DNA of 64,000 nt from Clostridia bacterium (GTDB lineage Bacteria > Bacillota > Clostridia > Christensenellales > QALW01). Every line of letters begins with the position of its first letter. Within the stretch, counting starts at the first letter, position 1. A program made the translations under genes and the position numbers. The notes below the pieces were generated by a model. That model searched no databases and was not told where the DNA came from. It saw only the letters and a program-made list of their open reading frames with translations. The stretch is from the NCBI GenBank assembly GCA_045591115.1, contig JAZNSH010000014.1:14769-78768 (forward strand). The letters are read 5' to 3'. This document shows positions 19,358-28,520 of this stretch, piece after piece.

Positions 19358-20407
19358 ATGGTACGCTCATTAAAAACAGGTGTTGCCTACCACGGTAACC
19401 GTATGCCTTCCCACGTTCAGGAGGATATGCGCCGTATTGCAAAAGCAGATATGGATATCGTTGTGCATATGTTCTCACATACCGACTGGGACAGACACAA
19501 CGTAATTATGAAAGATATTTTCAAGATCACCGAAGATAACGGCCTTGATGTTTGGGTTGATAACTGGGGTCTTGGAGGCCCTCCCGGAGATAAATCTCAC
19601 TTCCTTGCCTATCATCCCGAAGCACATATGTATTTAAGCAACGGCACAATGATGCCCGTTCACGCTTGCCTTAACAGTCCCGAATTTCGTACCTTTGTTA
19701 AAAACTGGATCGATGCAGTTCGCGAAGCAGGGGGAAAAACTTTAATGTGGGATGAGCCTAACATTCCTAAGCGCAAGGATGATGAAGGTCAGGAAGTTTA
19801 TGCTTGTTGTTGCCCAAGATGCAAAAAGCTTTTTGAAGAAAAGTACGGTCATCCAATGCCCCTTCGCCCCGATGAAGAAGTTGAACAGTTCCGCACAGAT
19901 ACTATCGTTGATTATTTGGATGATATCACAACCTATAGTGCTTCACTTGGCATGAACAACGTTGTTTGCGTTATGCTTGAGGCTGAACACGGCATTTATC
20001 TTGACGTTATTGACAGAATTTGTTGCCTTCCCAACATTCAAAACATCGGTTGCGATCCTTACTGGCATTCATCAAACCCCGTTGATCCTTATGAGCGCGT
20101 TTATAAAGGCGCAAAGAAAAATCTTGATATTTGCAAAAAATTCAATAAGGATCATAACGTTTGGATTCAGAGCTATTGCTTCAAAAAAGGCTACGAAGAA
20201 GAGATCATTCACGGTACTGAAGCCGCATATGATGCAGGCGCACGAACAATTATGGCTTGGAGTTATATGGGAGGTCAGTCCAATAACTATGCTTCACAAG
20301 ATCCACAGCGCACCTGGGATATTACCGTTGAAGCCTTCCGCAGAATCCGTTCTGTTGAGCGCGACCGCATTTGGGCAGATTATCGCAAGAAATTTATGGA
20401 TAAATAG
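19358..20407 (+). CDS. Hypothetical protein, possibly a glycoside-hydrolase-like TIM barrel
   Basis: 349 aa, with AAAGGAG 8 nt upstream. Contains WDEPN, reminiscent of the clan GH-A NEP motif. The assignment is tentative. Confidence 0.35.
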   Translation: MVRSLKTGVAYHGNRMPSHVQEDMRRIAKADMDIVVHMFSHTDWDRHNVIMKDIFKITEDNGLDVWVDNWGLGGPPGDKSHFLAYHPEAHMYLSNGTMMPVHACLNSPEFRTFVKNWIDAVREAGGKTLMWDEPNIPKRKDDEGQEVYACCCPRCKKLFEEKYGHPMPLRPDEEVEQFRTDTIVDYLDDITTYSASLGMNNVVCVMLEAEHGIYLDVIDRICCLPNIQNIGCDPYWHSSNPVDPYERVYKGAKKNLDICKKFNKDHNVWIQSYCFKKGYEEEIIHGTEAAYDAGARTIMAWSYMGGQSNNYASQDPQRTWDITVEAFRRIRSVERDRIWADYRKKFMDK

Positions 20408-20435
20408 CAAGAAATTTATGGATAGATAGCAAGAA

Positions 20436-20459
20436 ACCCGTCATAAGACGGGTTTTTTC
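20436..20459 (+). terminator. Rho-independent terminator
   Basis: ACCCGTC-ataa-GACGGGT followed by TTTTTT. Confidence 0.75.
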
Positions 20460-20466
20460 TACTATT

Positions 20467-21555
20467 TCAGCGTTTTTTTCCGCAGATTGCGTGATTATTA
20501 TCATTAAAGGTAACTTCAATATTATCATCATCAAATTTTATGCCACAACCAATAAATTTATCTTCATTTTCAAGCTTCATACACGGGTTTGATCCGAATA
20601 TTATTGGACAAGGCTGACCAAATTTATCGTGTTTGTGTCCGGGGTAGATCACCTCGGTTGTGTGATGATGCCCTGAAAGCATAAAATGTGGCTTAACTTC
20701 CCTTAAAAGTTCACACCAGCGCATATTAACATCACTGTCAACATCAAAGGGAGCATCATAAGCATACATAAAAGGTGTATGACAAACAACTATACGTTTT
20801 GTGATACCCTCTTTTTTATATTCGCCCGTTTCAACTATTCTTTCCAAAAAAGCAGTCTGCTTATGGCGATACTGTGTAAAGCAAACTACATTGCCATACA
20901 TGGGAAAATCATCAGGTCTGTCTTCTCCCCTATCAAGCACTACGCCCCAAAGGGAGCCAACTCTGAAAGAATAGAACAGTTTACCGTTTTGAGACGGCAT
21001 ATAAATATCAGCATCTTCTGCGCATTTGCCGCGATTATCGTGATTACCCCGTGCACAGACAACGGGAATATTTCCTTTTGTAACGCTTCCTGCAACGTTG
21101 TGGATTATATCAAATTCTTCGGGAGTATTAACATCATTTGGCATATCTCCGTTCAAAATGAGCAGATCCATATTTTTCATATATTCTGCCGCTTTTATTG
21201 GTGTTTCGGATTTACCGTGGCAATCGCATATATGATAAATATTTATTGTGCCGTCGCCTACTGGTTTAAAATCAAAATCAAAAGTTATTTCATCATCACA
21301 TTTTGAATAATATGCTAAACGCGCATTTACTTTTCTTAAAACAAGCGTGTATTTTTTACTTTTATCAAGAATTTCAACAGGCACCAACACTTTGTGTAGA
21401 TATTTACCTGAACGGATAATCCCATTTGATTCATCATAATATCTTTTACCGTCGATAATTACCGATACAAGCATTTCACATTTTGCCATAACGGTTATCT
21501 GATATTCATCGCCTACCGCATATACAGCAGGATAATTTTTAATAAGTTCAAACAT
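20467..21555 (-). CDS. Metallophosphoesterase (purple-acid-phosphatase-like)
   Basis: 362 aa. CDCHG, NGDMPND, GNHDNRG and SGHHH. Confidence 0.65.
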   Translation of the reverse strand: MFELIKNYPAVYAVGDEYQITVMAKCEMLVSVIIDGKRYYDESNGIIRSGKYLHKVLVPVEILDKSKKYTLVLRKVNARLAYYSKCDDEITFDFDFKPVGDGTINIYHICDCHGKSETPIKAAEYMKNMDLLILNGDMPNDVNTPEEFDIIHNVAGSVTKGNIPVVCARGNHDNRGKCAEDADIYMPSQNGKLFYSFRVGSLWGVVLDRGEDRPDDFPMYGNVVCFTQYRHKQTAFLERIVETGEYKKEGITKRIVVCHTPFMYAYDAPFDVDSDVNMRWCELLREVKPHFMLSGHHHTTEVIYPGHKHDKFGQPCPIIFGSNPCMKLENEDKFIGCGIKFDDDNIEVTFNDNNHAICGKKR

Positions 21556-21573
21556 ATTTTTCCCTCATAATTA

Positions 21574-22731
21574 TCAAATATATAAGCATACCGAAGCAAT
21601 ACGTTTTGCCGCTTCAGGCAGAGATCTTAACGTTGCATATTCTCTTAAAGTATGGATAAAATCACCTGCAACACCGATAGCATCAACACAAGGTATGCCT
21701 GCAACCGTTACCGCAGCCGCATCTGAACCGCCTAAACTGCCTCTTGCAGATAAAATGGGTATATGGCATTTTTCGTAAATCTCGTTTACTTTATCAAGAA
21801 GCTCAAAATTCTTTTCCGTTTTTTCCATTGCGGGACAGTATGATTCAACCTCCCACGAAGTATTTGTACCTTCAAGATATTGTTTACTTAAAATTTCCTC
21901 AAAAATCTTTTTTCCCTCTTCAAGTTGAGCCTGAGTGCTATAACGTATCTCCGCATTAAAAGTACAAAGATCGGGAACGGTATTTGCCAAAGTTCCACCT
22001 TTAACTATTCCGCAGTTAAAACTTAAACCATCAACATCTTTTGGATATTCTTCAAGTTTAATTATCTTGTATGCGGCTTCCTGAATGGCACTTACACCGC
22101 CTTCTGCGCACCGTGAGCCGTGAATGGATTTTCCTTTTACGGTTACTAAAAATCTCAAGCATCCCTTGCGCCAAAGAACCAACGTACCTTTTCTCGTGCT
22201 TTCGCAGTTAAGAAATGCAATGGAATCTGCGGCTTTTTGACAGATGTAATTTATGGTCGCCTTGTTACTGTACGCGCTTACGTTTTCTTCATCGCTTTGC
22301 AAAAGTAATCGAATTGGTCTTTCTATAAAAGAATGTGCTTTTAATGCTTTCATTGCAAGCATTGCGGCAACAAGTCCGCCCTTACAATCCATAACACCGG
22401 GGCCATAAATATTTTCTTCATCAATTTTTACTGCAGGTGTTCCGAAAGAGCCAACCTTATGGGCAGTATCCATATGCCCTGAAAGAGTTATGGGCGCATT
22501 TTTAACGCCCGAATTCATCGTAATGCACACAACGTTACCTACGATATCGTGCTTAAATCTTTCAATTTCCCAGCCTTCTTTTTCAGCATAGGAAGCGAAG
22601 TAATCGCCTACCGCATCAACGCCCGCTTTATAATTTGTGGGACTTTCAATATTGCCAACATCCTCCCAAAATTTAATAAATTCGGGTGTTAAATTGTCTA
22701 TTGTTTCAAAAACATCATTGTGAATAGCCAT
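21574..22731 (-). CDS. M20 family metallopeptidase / amidohydrolase (carboxypeptidase G2 / ArgE/DapE-like)
   Basis: 385 aa. SGHMDT, DCKGG and SDEE motifs. Confidence 0.75.
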   Translation of the reverse strand: MAIHNDVFETIDNLTPEFIKFWEDVGNIESPTNYKAGVDAVGDYFASYAEKEGWEIERFKHDIVGNVVCITMNSGVKNAPITLSGHMDTAHKVGSFGTPAVKIDEENIYGPGVMDCKGGLVAAMLAMKALKAHSFIERPIRLLLQSDEENVSAYSNKATINYICQKAADSIAFLNCESTRKGTLVLWRKGCLRFLVTVKGKSIHGSRCAEGGVSAIQEAAYKIIKLEEYPKDVDGLSFNCGIVKGGTLANTVPDLCTFNAEIRYSTQAQLEEGKKIFEEILSKQYLEGTNTSWEVESYCPAMEKTEKNFELLDKVNEIYEKCHIPILSARGSLGGSDAAAVTVAGIPCVDAIGVAGDFIHTLREYATLRSLPEAAKRIASVCLYI

Positions 22732-22792
22732 AAAATTTCCTCGTAAAAAAGTTATGTTTATATTTTACTACAATTTCTTTTTATTTTCAAGC

Positions 22793-23515
22793 CTATTGTT
22801 TTTTATACCGTGAGGGTGTTACCCCTGTATACCGTTTAAAAGATGTTGAAAAATACAGGCTATCTTTAAAGCCACACAAGTTTGCAATTTCGCTTATACT
22901 AAAAAAGGGATTTGCAAAAAGCAGTTCCTTTGCCCTTTCCATACGCAGATTGTTTAAATATACCGATGGTGAAAAAGAAGTATATTTTTTAAAAAGTCTG
23001 CGGAAATAATCAGGATTATAGCCCAACGAAACTATATATTCAGTTACCATAAAATCACTGTTCTCAATATTTTCTTTTAATTTATTTTTTATTACCCCTA
23101 TAATTGAGGGTACGTCTTCTTCTGCACTTGCTTTTTTTACGTAAAGACAAATAAGTTCGGTAAATTTTTCAGCAAAGCTTTCAAAGCCTTTTGGTTTTTC
23201 ATCACAAATTTTAAACAACATATTAAACAAATTACGTATGTTGCCATCAGTATCTTTTACTAAAAAAGGAAATGTCGGAAATTCATATTTTTTAAAAGAA
23301 ATCCACATATCCGTTATATATGTATCAGATTCTGTTCTGTGAACTGTTCCCGGAGGAATAACGATAACGTCACCCTCGGACATTTCAAACACATTATCTC
23401 CTGCAAAAGCTCGGGTTTTACCCATTGTTTGATATATAATCTCCCATGCGTTATGGCTGTGATTTTTACACGCATAAAATGGTTTTAACGCACGGCTGCA
23501 ATGACTGAAATTCAC
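22793..23515 (-). CDS. AraC family transcriptional regulator (cupin plus HTH)
   Basis: 240 aa. The C-terminus ...IANLCGFKDSLYFSTSFKRYTGVTPSRYKK is a typical AraC HTH. Confidence 0.85.
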   Translation of the reverse strand: MNFSHCSRALKPFYACKNHSHNAWEIIYQTMGKTRAFAGDNVFEMSEGDVIVIPPGTVHRTESDTYITDMWISFKKYEFPTFPFLVKDTDGNIRNLFNMLFKICDEKPKGFESFAEKFTELICLYVKKASAEEDVPSIIGVIKNKLKENIENSDFMVTEYIVSLGYNPDYFRRLFKKYTSFSPSVYLNNLRMERAKELLFANPFFSISEIANLCGFKDSLYFSTSFKRYTGVTPSRYKKQ

Positions 23516-23633
23516 ATAATCACCTCAAAAAAAGAATATCAAAAAAAGTCGGTTTAGTCAATAAAAAAGTCTGTTTCACATATGGCAGATATTTTTATTA
23601 CGTGGTAGAATGTAAAAAAAGGAGGAATATACA

Positions 23634-24503
23634 ATGAGCGAAATAATAAAAAACGAAGAACTTTTCCCAAGAACCACCGTAGGCGGACTTTCCCTTTCAA
23701 GAATGATTATGGGTATTAACTGGCTTTTCGGATACAGCCATAGAGGTCGTGCCGCAGATGCAGGCATAAAAGAAAAATATCAGAAGCCCGAAGACTTCTT
23801 CCCCGTATTCAAGGCATATCTTGACAGAGGTGTTGACACTATTATGGGTCCTTTCAGCGTTACACCTTTAGGTGTTGATGCCGTTAAGTACGCAGAGGAT
23901 AAATTAGGCAAAAAAATTATAATTGTTGACACCCCCAACATTAACGTTGAAGATTCTCCTGAAGGCAGACGTGAAGCAGAAATGCTTATTAAAAAGAGCC
24001 ACGATATAGGTGCATCTGTTACCTTGCTTTTCCACGCTTGCGTTGAAGCGCTTATGGATAAGCACAAGAGAGAAATACCGAGAGTATCAGACTATCTTTC
24101 GATGATTCGTGATGTTGGCAACGTACCCGGTCTTGGCGCACACGACCCTAACGTTGTGTTATTTGCCGACCAGAATGGTTATGACGTTGAAACGTATATT
24201 CAGATTTTCAACTGTATGGGATTTTTAATGCAGGTTGAGGTTGAAAGCATTGCGCGTATCATAAACAACGCTAAAAAACCCGTTATGACTATTAAGCCTA
24301 TGGCGGCAGGCAGATGCACCCCTTACGTTGGCTTTACTTTCGCTTGGAATGCAATTCGTGATTGTGATATGGTAACTGTCGGTGCAGGAAGCGCATTGGA
24401 AGCCATTGAAGATATTGAGCTTTCAAAGGCTATTCTTGAACGCCGTCACCCTGAAATCGGTGTAAGAAATTCACCTGTAAAACAGGGTGTTCTTGGACAC
24501 TAA
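23634..24503 (+). CDS. Hypothetical protein, unassigned and possibly a TIM-barrel enzyme
   Basis: 289 aa, RBS AAGGAGG. Appears co-transcribed with the downstream oxidoreductase. Confidence 0.3.
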   Translation: MSEIIKNEELFPRTTVGGLSLSRMIMGINWLFGYSHRGRAADAGIKEKYQKPEDFFPVFKAYLDRGVDTIMGPFSVTPLGVDAVKYAEDKLGKKIIIVDTPNINVEDSPEGRREAEMLIKKSHDIGASVTLLFHACVEALMDKHKREIPRVSDYLSMIRDVGNVPGLGAHDPNVVLFADQNGYDVETYIQIFNCMGFLMQVEVESIARIINNAKKPVMTIKPMAAGRCTPYVGFTFAWNAIRDCDMVTVGAGSALEAIEDIELSKAILERRHPEIGVRNSPVKQGVLGH

Positions 24504-24514
24504 AAGAGGTAAAT

Positions 24515-25639
24515 ATGGATTTTAGAAGAATTAAAACTGCAGTTATAGGTTGTGGTGAAATTAGTTACATTTATATGTTGAATTTCAAAAAGCTTGATAT
24601 AATAGATCTTGTAGGATGTTCAGATATTATTCCTGAAAGTGCTGAAAAGCGTGCTGTCGAATTTAATATTAAGGCAATGACCAATGAGGAAATTTTTTCA
24701 AGCAATGATATTGAGCTTGTAGTAATTACAACCACACCATTACATCATTATAATGTGGCAAAGGAAGCCTTACTTTCCGGCAAATCCGTTTATTGTGAAA
24801 AAACAATTTGTGTTACGTTAGATGAAGCCAAGGAGTTGAAACAAATCGCAAAAGAAAAAACTCTTTTCTTTGGCGGTGCTCCTGAAACTTTTTTCTCATC
24901 CGCAATGCAAATCGCAAGAAACATTCTTGATAGTGGTATTTTAGGCGTTCCCGTTATGGCGCAGGCATTTTTATCACGATCATATCGTCATCACCGCGAT
25001 TCTGCTAACAGTAGAAAACGTTTTGTTTACTGCGAGCACGGTGGAATTTTATATGATATGGGTGCTTATTATCTTACCGCAATGGTTTTCCTTTTAGGTG
25101 CAATAAAAAGGGTTATAGGATTTTCCGCTATCCGTGAACCTGAACGTATTTATCAAAATCCGCAAAATCCTAATTACGGGGAGAAAATGATTGTTGAAAG
25201 CACAAACACAGCAACAGGTAGTTTGCTCTTTGAAAATGGCGTGATGGGTACTTTTACAATGACCTCAGAAGGTACATTAAAAAATCATTTCTGCATTTAT
25301 TGTACAGACGGATATATTGATTTAGGCGACCCAAACGAATTTGAAAATACTATTCATATTTACAACAAAAACGGTGAAGAAAGTGTTATTACCTCACCTT
25401 TTGCTATCTGTGGAGATAATTTTAGAGGTTATGGTGTTGCTGAAGCGATGTATGCACATTTATCAGGCAAAAAAGCTCGTTGTAACAGTGAGCTTTGTAC
25501 TCACGTTTTAGAGGCGGCTTTAGGATTAAGTGCAAGTAGCGAAACAGGATGTGTTTATGATATGACTACTTCTGCAGAACGTCCGTTGCCTTTCAAACCG
25601 GGTTATTTTGAAAATCCTGAACTTTCGCTAAAATATTAA
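24515..25639 (+). CDS. Gfo/Idh/MocA family oxidoreductase
   Basis: 374 aa. IKTAVIGCGEIS Rossmann N-terminus and the EKT motif. Confidence 0.8.
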   Translation: MDFRRIKTAVIGCGEISYIYMLNFKKLDIIDLVGCSDIIPESAEKRAVEFNIKAMTNEEIFSSNDIELVVITTTPLHHYNVAKEALLSGKSVYCEKTICVTLDEAKELKQIAKEKTLFFGGAPETFFSSAMQIARNILDSGILGVPVMAQAFLSRSYRHHRDSANSRKRFVYCEHGGILYDMGAYYLTAMVFLLGAIKRVIGFSAIREPERIYQNPQNPNYGEKMIVESTNTATGSLLFENGVMGTFTMTSEGTLKNHFCIYCTDGYIDLGDPNEFENTIHIYNKNGEESVITSPFAICGDNFRGYGVAEAMYAHLSGKKARCNSELCTHVLEAALGLSASSETGCVYDMTTSAERPLPFKPGYFENPELSLKY

Positions 25640-25687
25640 AAAGAGATTTTTATAAAAAATTATAAAATCAAACTTAATTTTGATTCT

Positions 25688-25766
25688 TATAAAGATAAAG
25701 TTTATTCGTGTTGGATAGGTAAAAACATCAGTGGAACAATGGATACTCCCTACGAGTGCAAAAGAG
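25688..25766 (+). pseudogene. Short N-terminal fragment resembling an ADP-ribosylglycohydrolase-family gene
   Basis: Translates to YKDKVYSCWIGKNISGTMDTPYECKR, similar to the recalled ...CWIGKNIGGTxGxPYEG start of that family. It ends at the IS200 remnant junction. Confidence 0.3.
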
Positions 25767-25984
25767 GCGGTATTTTGGGGCAAATACAATATGGTACTTG
25801 CAATTCCATTTTGTGTGTGCTAAACTATTTGTGGTATTAGATGATTCATTCATTTTAATATCCTCCGATTGTTTTTTTGATTTCTGACTGGCAGGTCATA
25901 CTTTCATTATACACAATCGGAGTTTTCTTTTCAATCCTCACCGGTAAACCTTTACTGAACCACGCGACTATCGCGTGGTTTTTC
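25767..25984 (-). mobile_element. tnpA: IS200/IS605-family remnant: left end plus the first ~29 codons of the Y1 transposase tnpA
   Basis: The minus strand from ATG 25853 reads MNESSNTTNSLAHTKWNCKYHIVFAPKYR, then loses homology. The 10-bp inverted repeat CTCCGATTGT/ACAATCGGAG (25862-25871 / 25913-25922) pairs over the GGAGG RBS. A further hairpin, AACCACGCG-N-CGCGTGGTT, lies at 25959-25981. Confidence 0.65.
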
Positions 25985-26065
25985 TTTATATCAAAAAAAG
26001 ACACGCCTAAAAGACGTGTCATACCTACACATAACGTATAAGCTTTATAAACAGCTTAAAACTTT

Positions 26066-27265
26066 TTATTCTTCCGGAGCGTCTCCGAAATCAGGAACGT
26101 CAAGGGGCAAACCGCCCTGCATTGCCGAATCGTGTGCAACGATTCCCGGGATCGTATACCTTGCAGCCTGCCATGCATTTACATAAGGCATTTTACTTTC
26201 ATAAACGCATGTACAAAAATCGTTGATAAGAAGCTGATGAGACGCCATATGTCCGTTTCTATCAGATATATTTTTATAAGCTTCAGGGAGTTCTGCCACT
26301 TTCTCACTTTGTATAGGCGAAAAAGAATTCCATTGCCAGATGTGATTGGCAACCTTTTCTTTAAAAGCATCATCCGCCTTATTTTGTGTCATAGCAATAG
26401 GATTTATCTGCTCGCTTACGTCTTTAAGGTCAACGCCCTTTTCAGTTAGGCTCGTTACAAGGTGCTGTGCATTAGAAAATTGATAAGAGCCTTTTGTTCC
26501 GTAGAAGCCACTGATATATGATGAGGGGGCTTTATACCCTATACGTCTGCACTCAGATACCCTTGCAACACCGCCATTACTTAACTGCATAAGAGAAAAC
26601 TCATTTGAAAACTGATTATTCCAGGGATTATTTCCATCTTTATAACGTTCATCCTTATCACAAACACCGAATGCAGTAACCTTAGTAACGTATGCTCCCG
26701 TCGCATTAAGCATCATTGCCGTTGAGTGCGTCGGATAATAAAAGGGAGGAAGCGTGTAACAGTTTATATCATTTTGATAAACTTTGGGAAAATGTGAAAT
26801 GTCGTGAAAATACTGAGACTCACCATAGACAAAATCTCCAAAGAAGCCCTTCTCGTATTGCTCCTTACAAAACATTGAGCACGGATAGTACACACAGGTT
26901 TCACCCATCATATAAGTTTTTTTATTTCTTTTTACTGCTTCAATTATCTGATGGCATTCCTCAACCGAGCAAGCCATAGGTACTGCGCTGTATACGTGCT
27001 TTCCCGCATCAAGGGATTTTATAGCAAGTCGTGCGTGACTGTAACGCTCGGTAAAAATGGCAACACAGTTTATATCCTTTCTTGCAACGACTTCTTCAAA
27101 CGTCCCGATAATTTCAACTGAAAATTTTTCTTTATATTCCTGCGCCCGTTCATTTACAAGATCGCATACATAAACGTTTTCAACGTAGGGATGCTCCTGA
27201 AACAAGGGCACAAAATACCTTGCAAAATTGCCGCAACCTATAATTGCAACTTTGATTTTTTCCAT
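26066..27265 (-). CDS. Gfo/Idh/MocA family oxidoreductase
   Basis: 399 aa. IKVAIIGCGNFA N-terminus. Confidence 0.75.
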   Translation of the reverse strand: MEKIKVAIIGCGNFARYFVPLFQEHPYVENVYVCDLVNERAQEYKEKFSVEIIGTFEEVVARKDINCVAIFTERYSHARLAIKSLDAGKHVYSAVPMACSVEECHQIIEAVKRNKKTYMMGETCVYYPCSMFCKEQYEKGFFGDFVYGESQYFHDISHFPKVYQNDINCYTLPPFYYPTHSTAMMLNATGAYVTKVTAFGVCDKDERYKDGNNPWNNQFSNEFSLMQLSNGGVARVSECRRIGYKAPSSYISGFYGTKGSYQFSNAQHLVTSLTEKGVDLKDVSEQINPIAMTQNKADDAFKEKVANHIWQWNSFSPIQSEKVAELPEAYKNISDRNGHMASHQLLINDFCTCVYESKMPYVNAWQAARYTIPGIVAHDSAMQGGLPLDVPDFGDAPEE

Positions 27266-27393
27266 ATAATATAACCGCCTTTAATTTATATTTCCGTTAA
27301 ATTTTATATCAGATTTCGTTAATAATCAATATAGAAAACAAATCAAAAGCATAATAAAACAAAGAAGTACTACAGTATCTTAAAATATAAAAA

Positions 27394-27423
27394 GCCTGAC
27401 ACGTCAACCTCAACGTCTCAGAC
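27394..27423 (-). terminator. Probable terminator after nagB
   Basis: Imperfect hairpin GCCTGACACGT / ACGTCTCAGAC, followed by a T-run on the minus strand. Confidence 0.45.
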
Positions 27424-27468
27424 TTTTATATAAATATTTATTACAGCATCGCAAGCATTGCTTACTTA

Positions 27469-28254
27469 TTATTTTTCATCTTTATAGATCTCTTTAAAAT
27501 ACTTATAAGTATCAAGCTTCAACTCACCGCAGGCGGCTTCATCGCAGGCGATTATGCCGTCTTTATGAAGTTGAAGTGCGCTTATTGTCCAGGCGTGATC
27601 CACACCACCTTCAACACAATGGCGGAGAGCGCGTGCTTTATGATGACCGTTAATAAGCAAAATAACTTGCTTTGAATCACATACTGTTCCAACACCTACC
27701 GAAAGTGCGGTTTTGGGAACTTTATTGGGATCGTTATCAAAGAAACGTGAGTTAGCAATCAAGGTATCTTCTGTTAATGCGCGAACACCTGTACGGGAAG
27801 TTAATGAAGTAAAGGGTTCGTTAAATGCAATATGACCGTCAACACCGCAACCGCCAAGGAACAGATCAATTCCGCCCATAGATGCAATTTTATCTTCATA
27901 TCTTTGACATTCTGCTTCAGGATCGTCTGTCATACCATTTAAGATGTTTATATTCTCTTTAGGAATATCAATATGGTTAAAGAAATTATCGTGCATAAAA
28001 TACCAATAACTCTGGTCGTGCTCGTGAGGTAAACCAACGTACTCATCCATATTAAAGGTTACAACGTTTTTAAAGGTTACTTTACCTTCTTTGTTCATTT
28101 CAATAAGGCGCTTATAAACGCCAAGAGGTGATGAGCCGGTAGGAAGACCTAAAATAAAAGGTCTGTCTTCTTTATGGTTATTGATTGCATCAGCAATATG
28201 CTGTGCCGCCCATGCGCACATTTCATCATAGTTGTTTTTAATAATAAGTTTCAT
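27469..28254 (-). CDS. nagB: Glucosamine-6-phosphate deaminase
   Basis: 261 aa. [15 protein letters not shown] and [17 protein letters not shown] motifs. Confidence 0.9.
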   Translation of the reverse strand: MKLIIKNNYDEMCAWAAQHIADAINNHKEDRPFILGLPTGSSPLGVYKRLIEMNKEGKVTFKNVVTFNMDEYVGLPHEHDQSYWYFMHDNFFNHIDIPKENINILNGMTDDPEAECQRYEDKIASMGGIDLFLGGCGVDGHIAFNEPFTSLTSRTGVRALTEDTLIANSRFFDNDPNKVPKTALSVGVGTVCDSKQVILLINGHHKARALRHCVEGGVDHAWTISALQLHKDGIIACDEAACGELKLDTYKYFKEIYKDEK

Positions 28255-28396
28255 TTTAAGATCAACATCCTTCTAAAAATATTTCTTATATATTATATCA
28301 CTTTTCACCGTTATTTGTCTATAATTTTTTAGCAACATTATAGATACTTATTGTAAGTATCTTCAAACGTAATAGTTTTTGTTACTTTCATTTTTT

Positions 28397-28492
28397 TCAT
28401 TGTAAAACTCTTTTCAAATTACAAAAAATATTGGACACATCGTTTAGGAAAAACCTAAAATAATGTGTCCGCTTTTTTATATTAAAATTATG
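28397..28492 (-). repeat. Repeat family A, copy 1. It carries the conserved-stem terminator hairpin (28431-28470) but lacks the gene-end core.
   Basis: About 90% identical by eye to 29924-30020. The hairpin TTGGACACAT...ATGTGTCC plus a minus-strand T-run sits just after the stop of the FAD oxidoreductase gene. Confidence 0.8.
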
Positions 28493-28520
28493 CAAGAGGT
28501 TAATTCATTTACCAATATTC

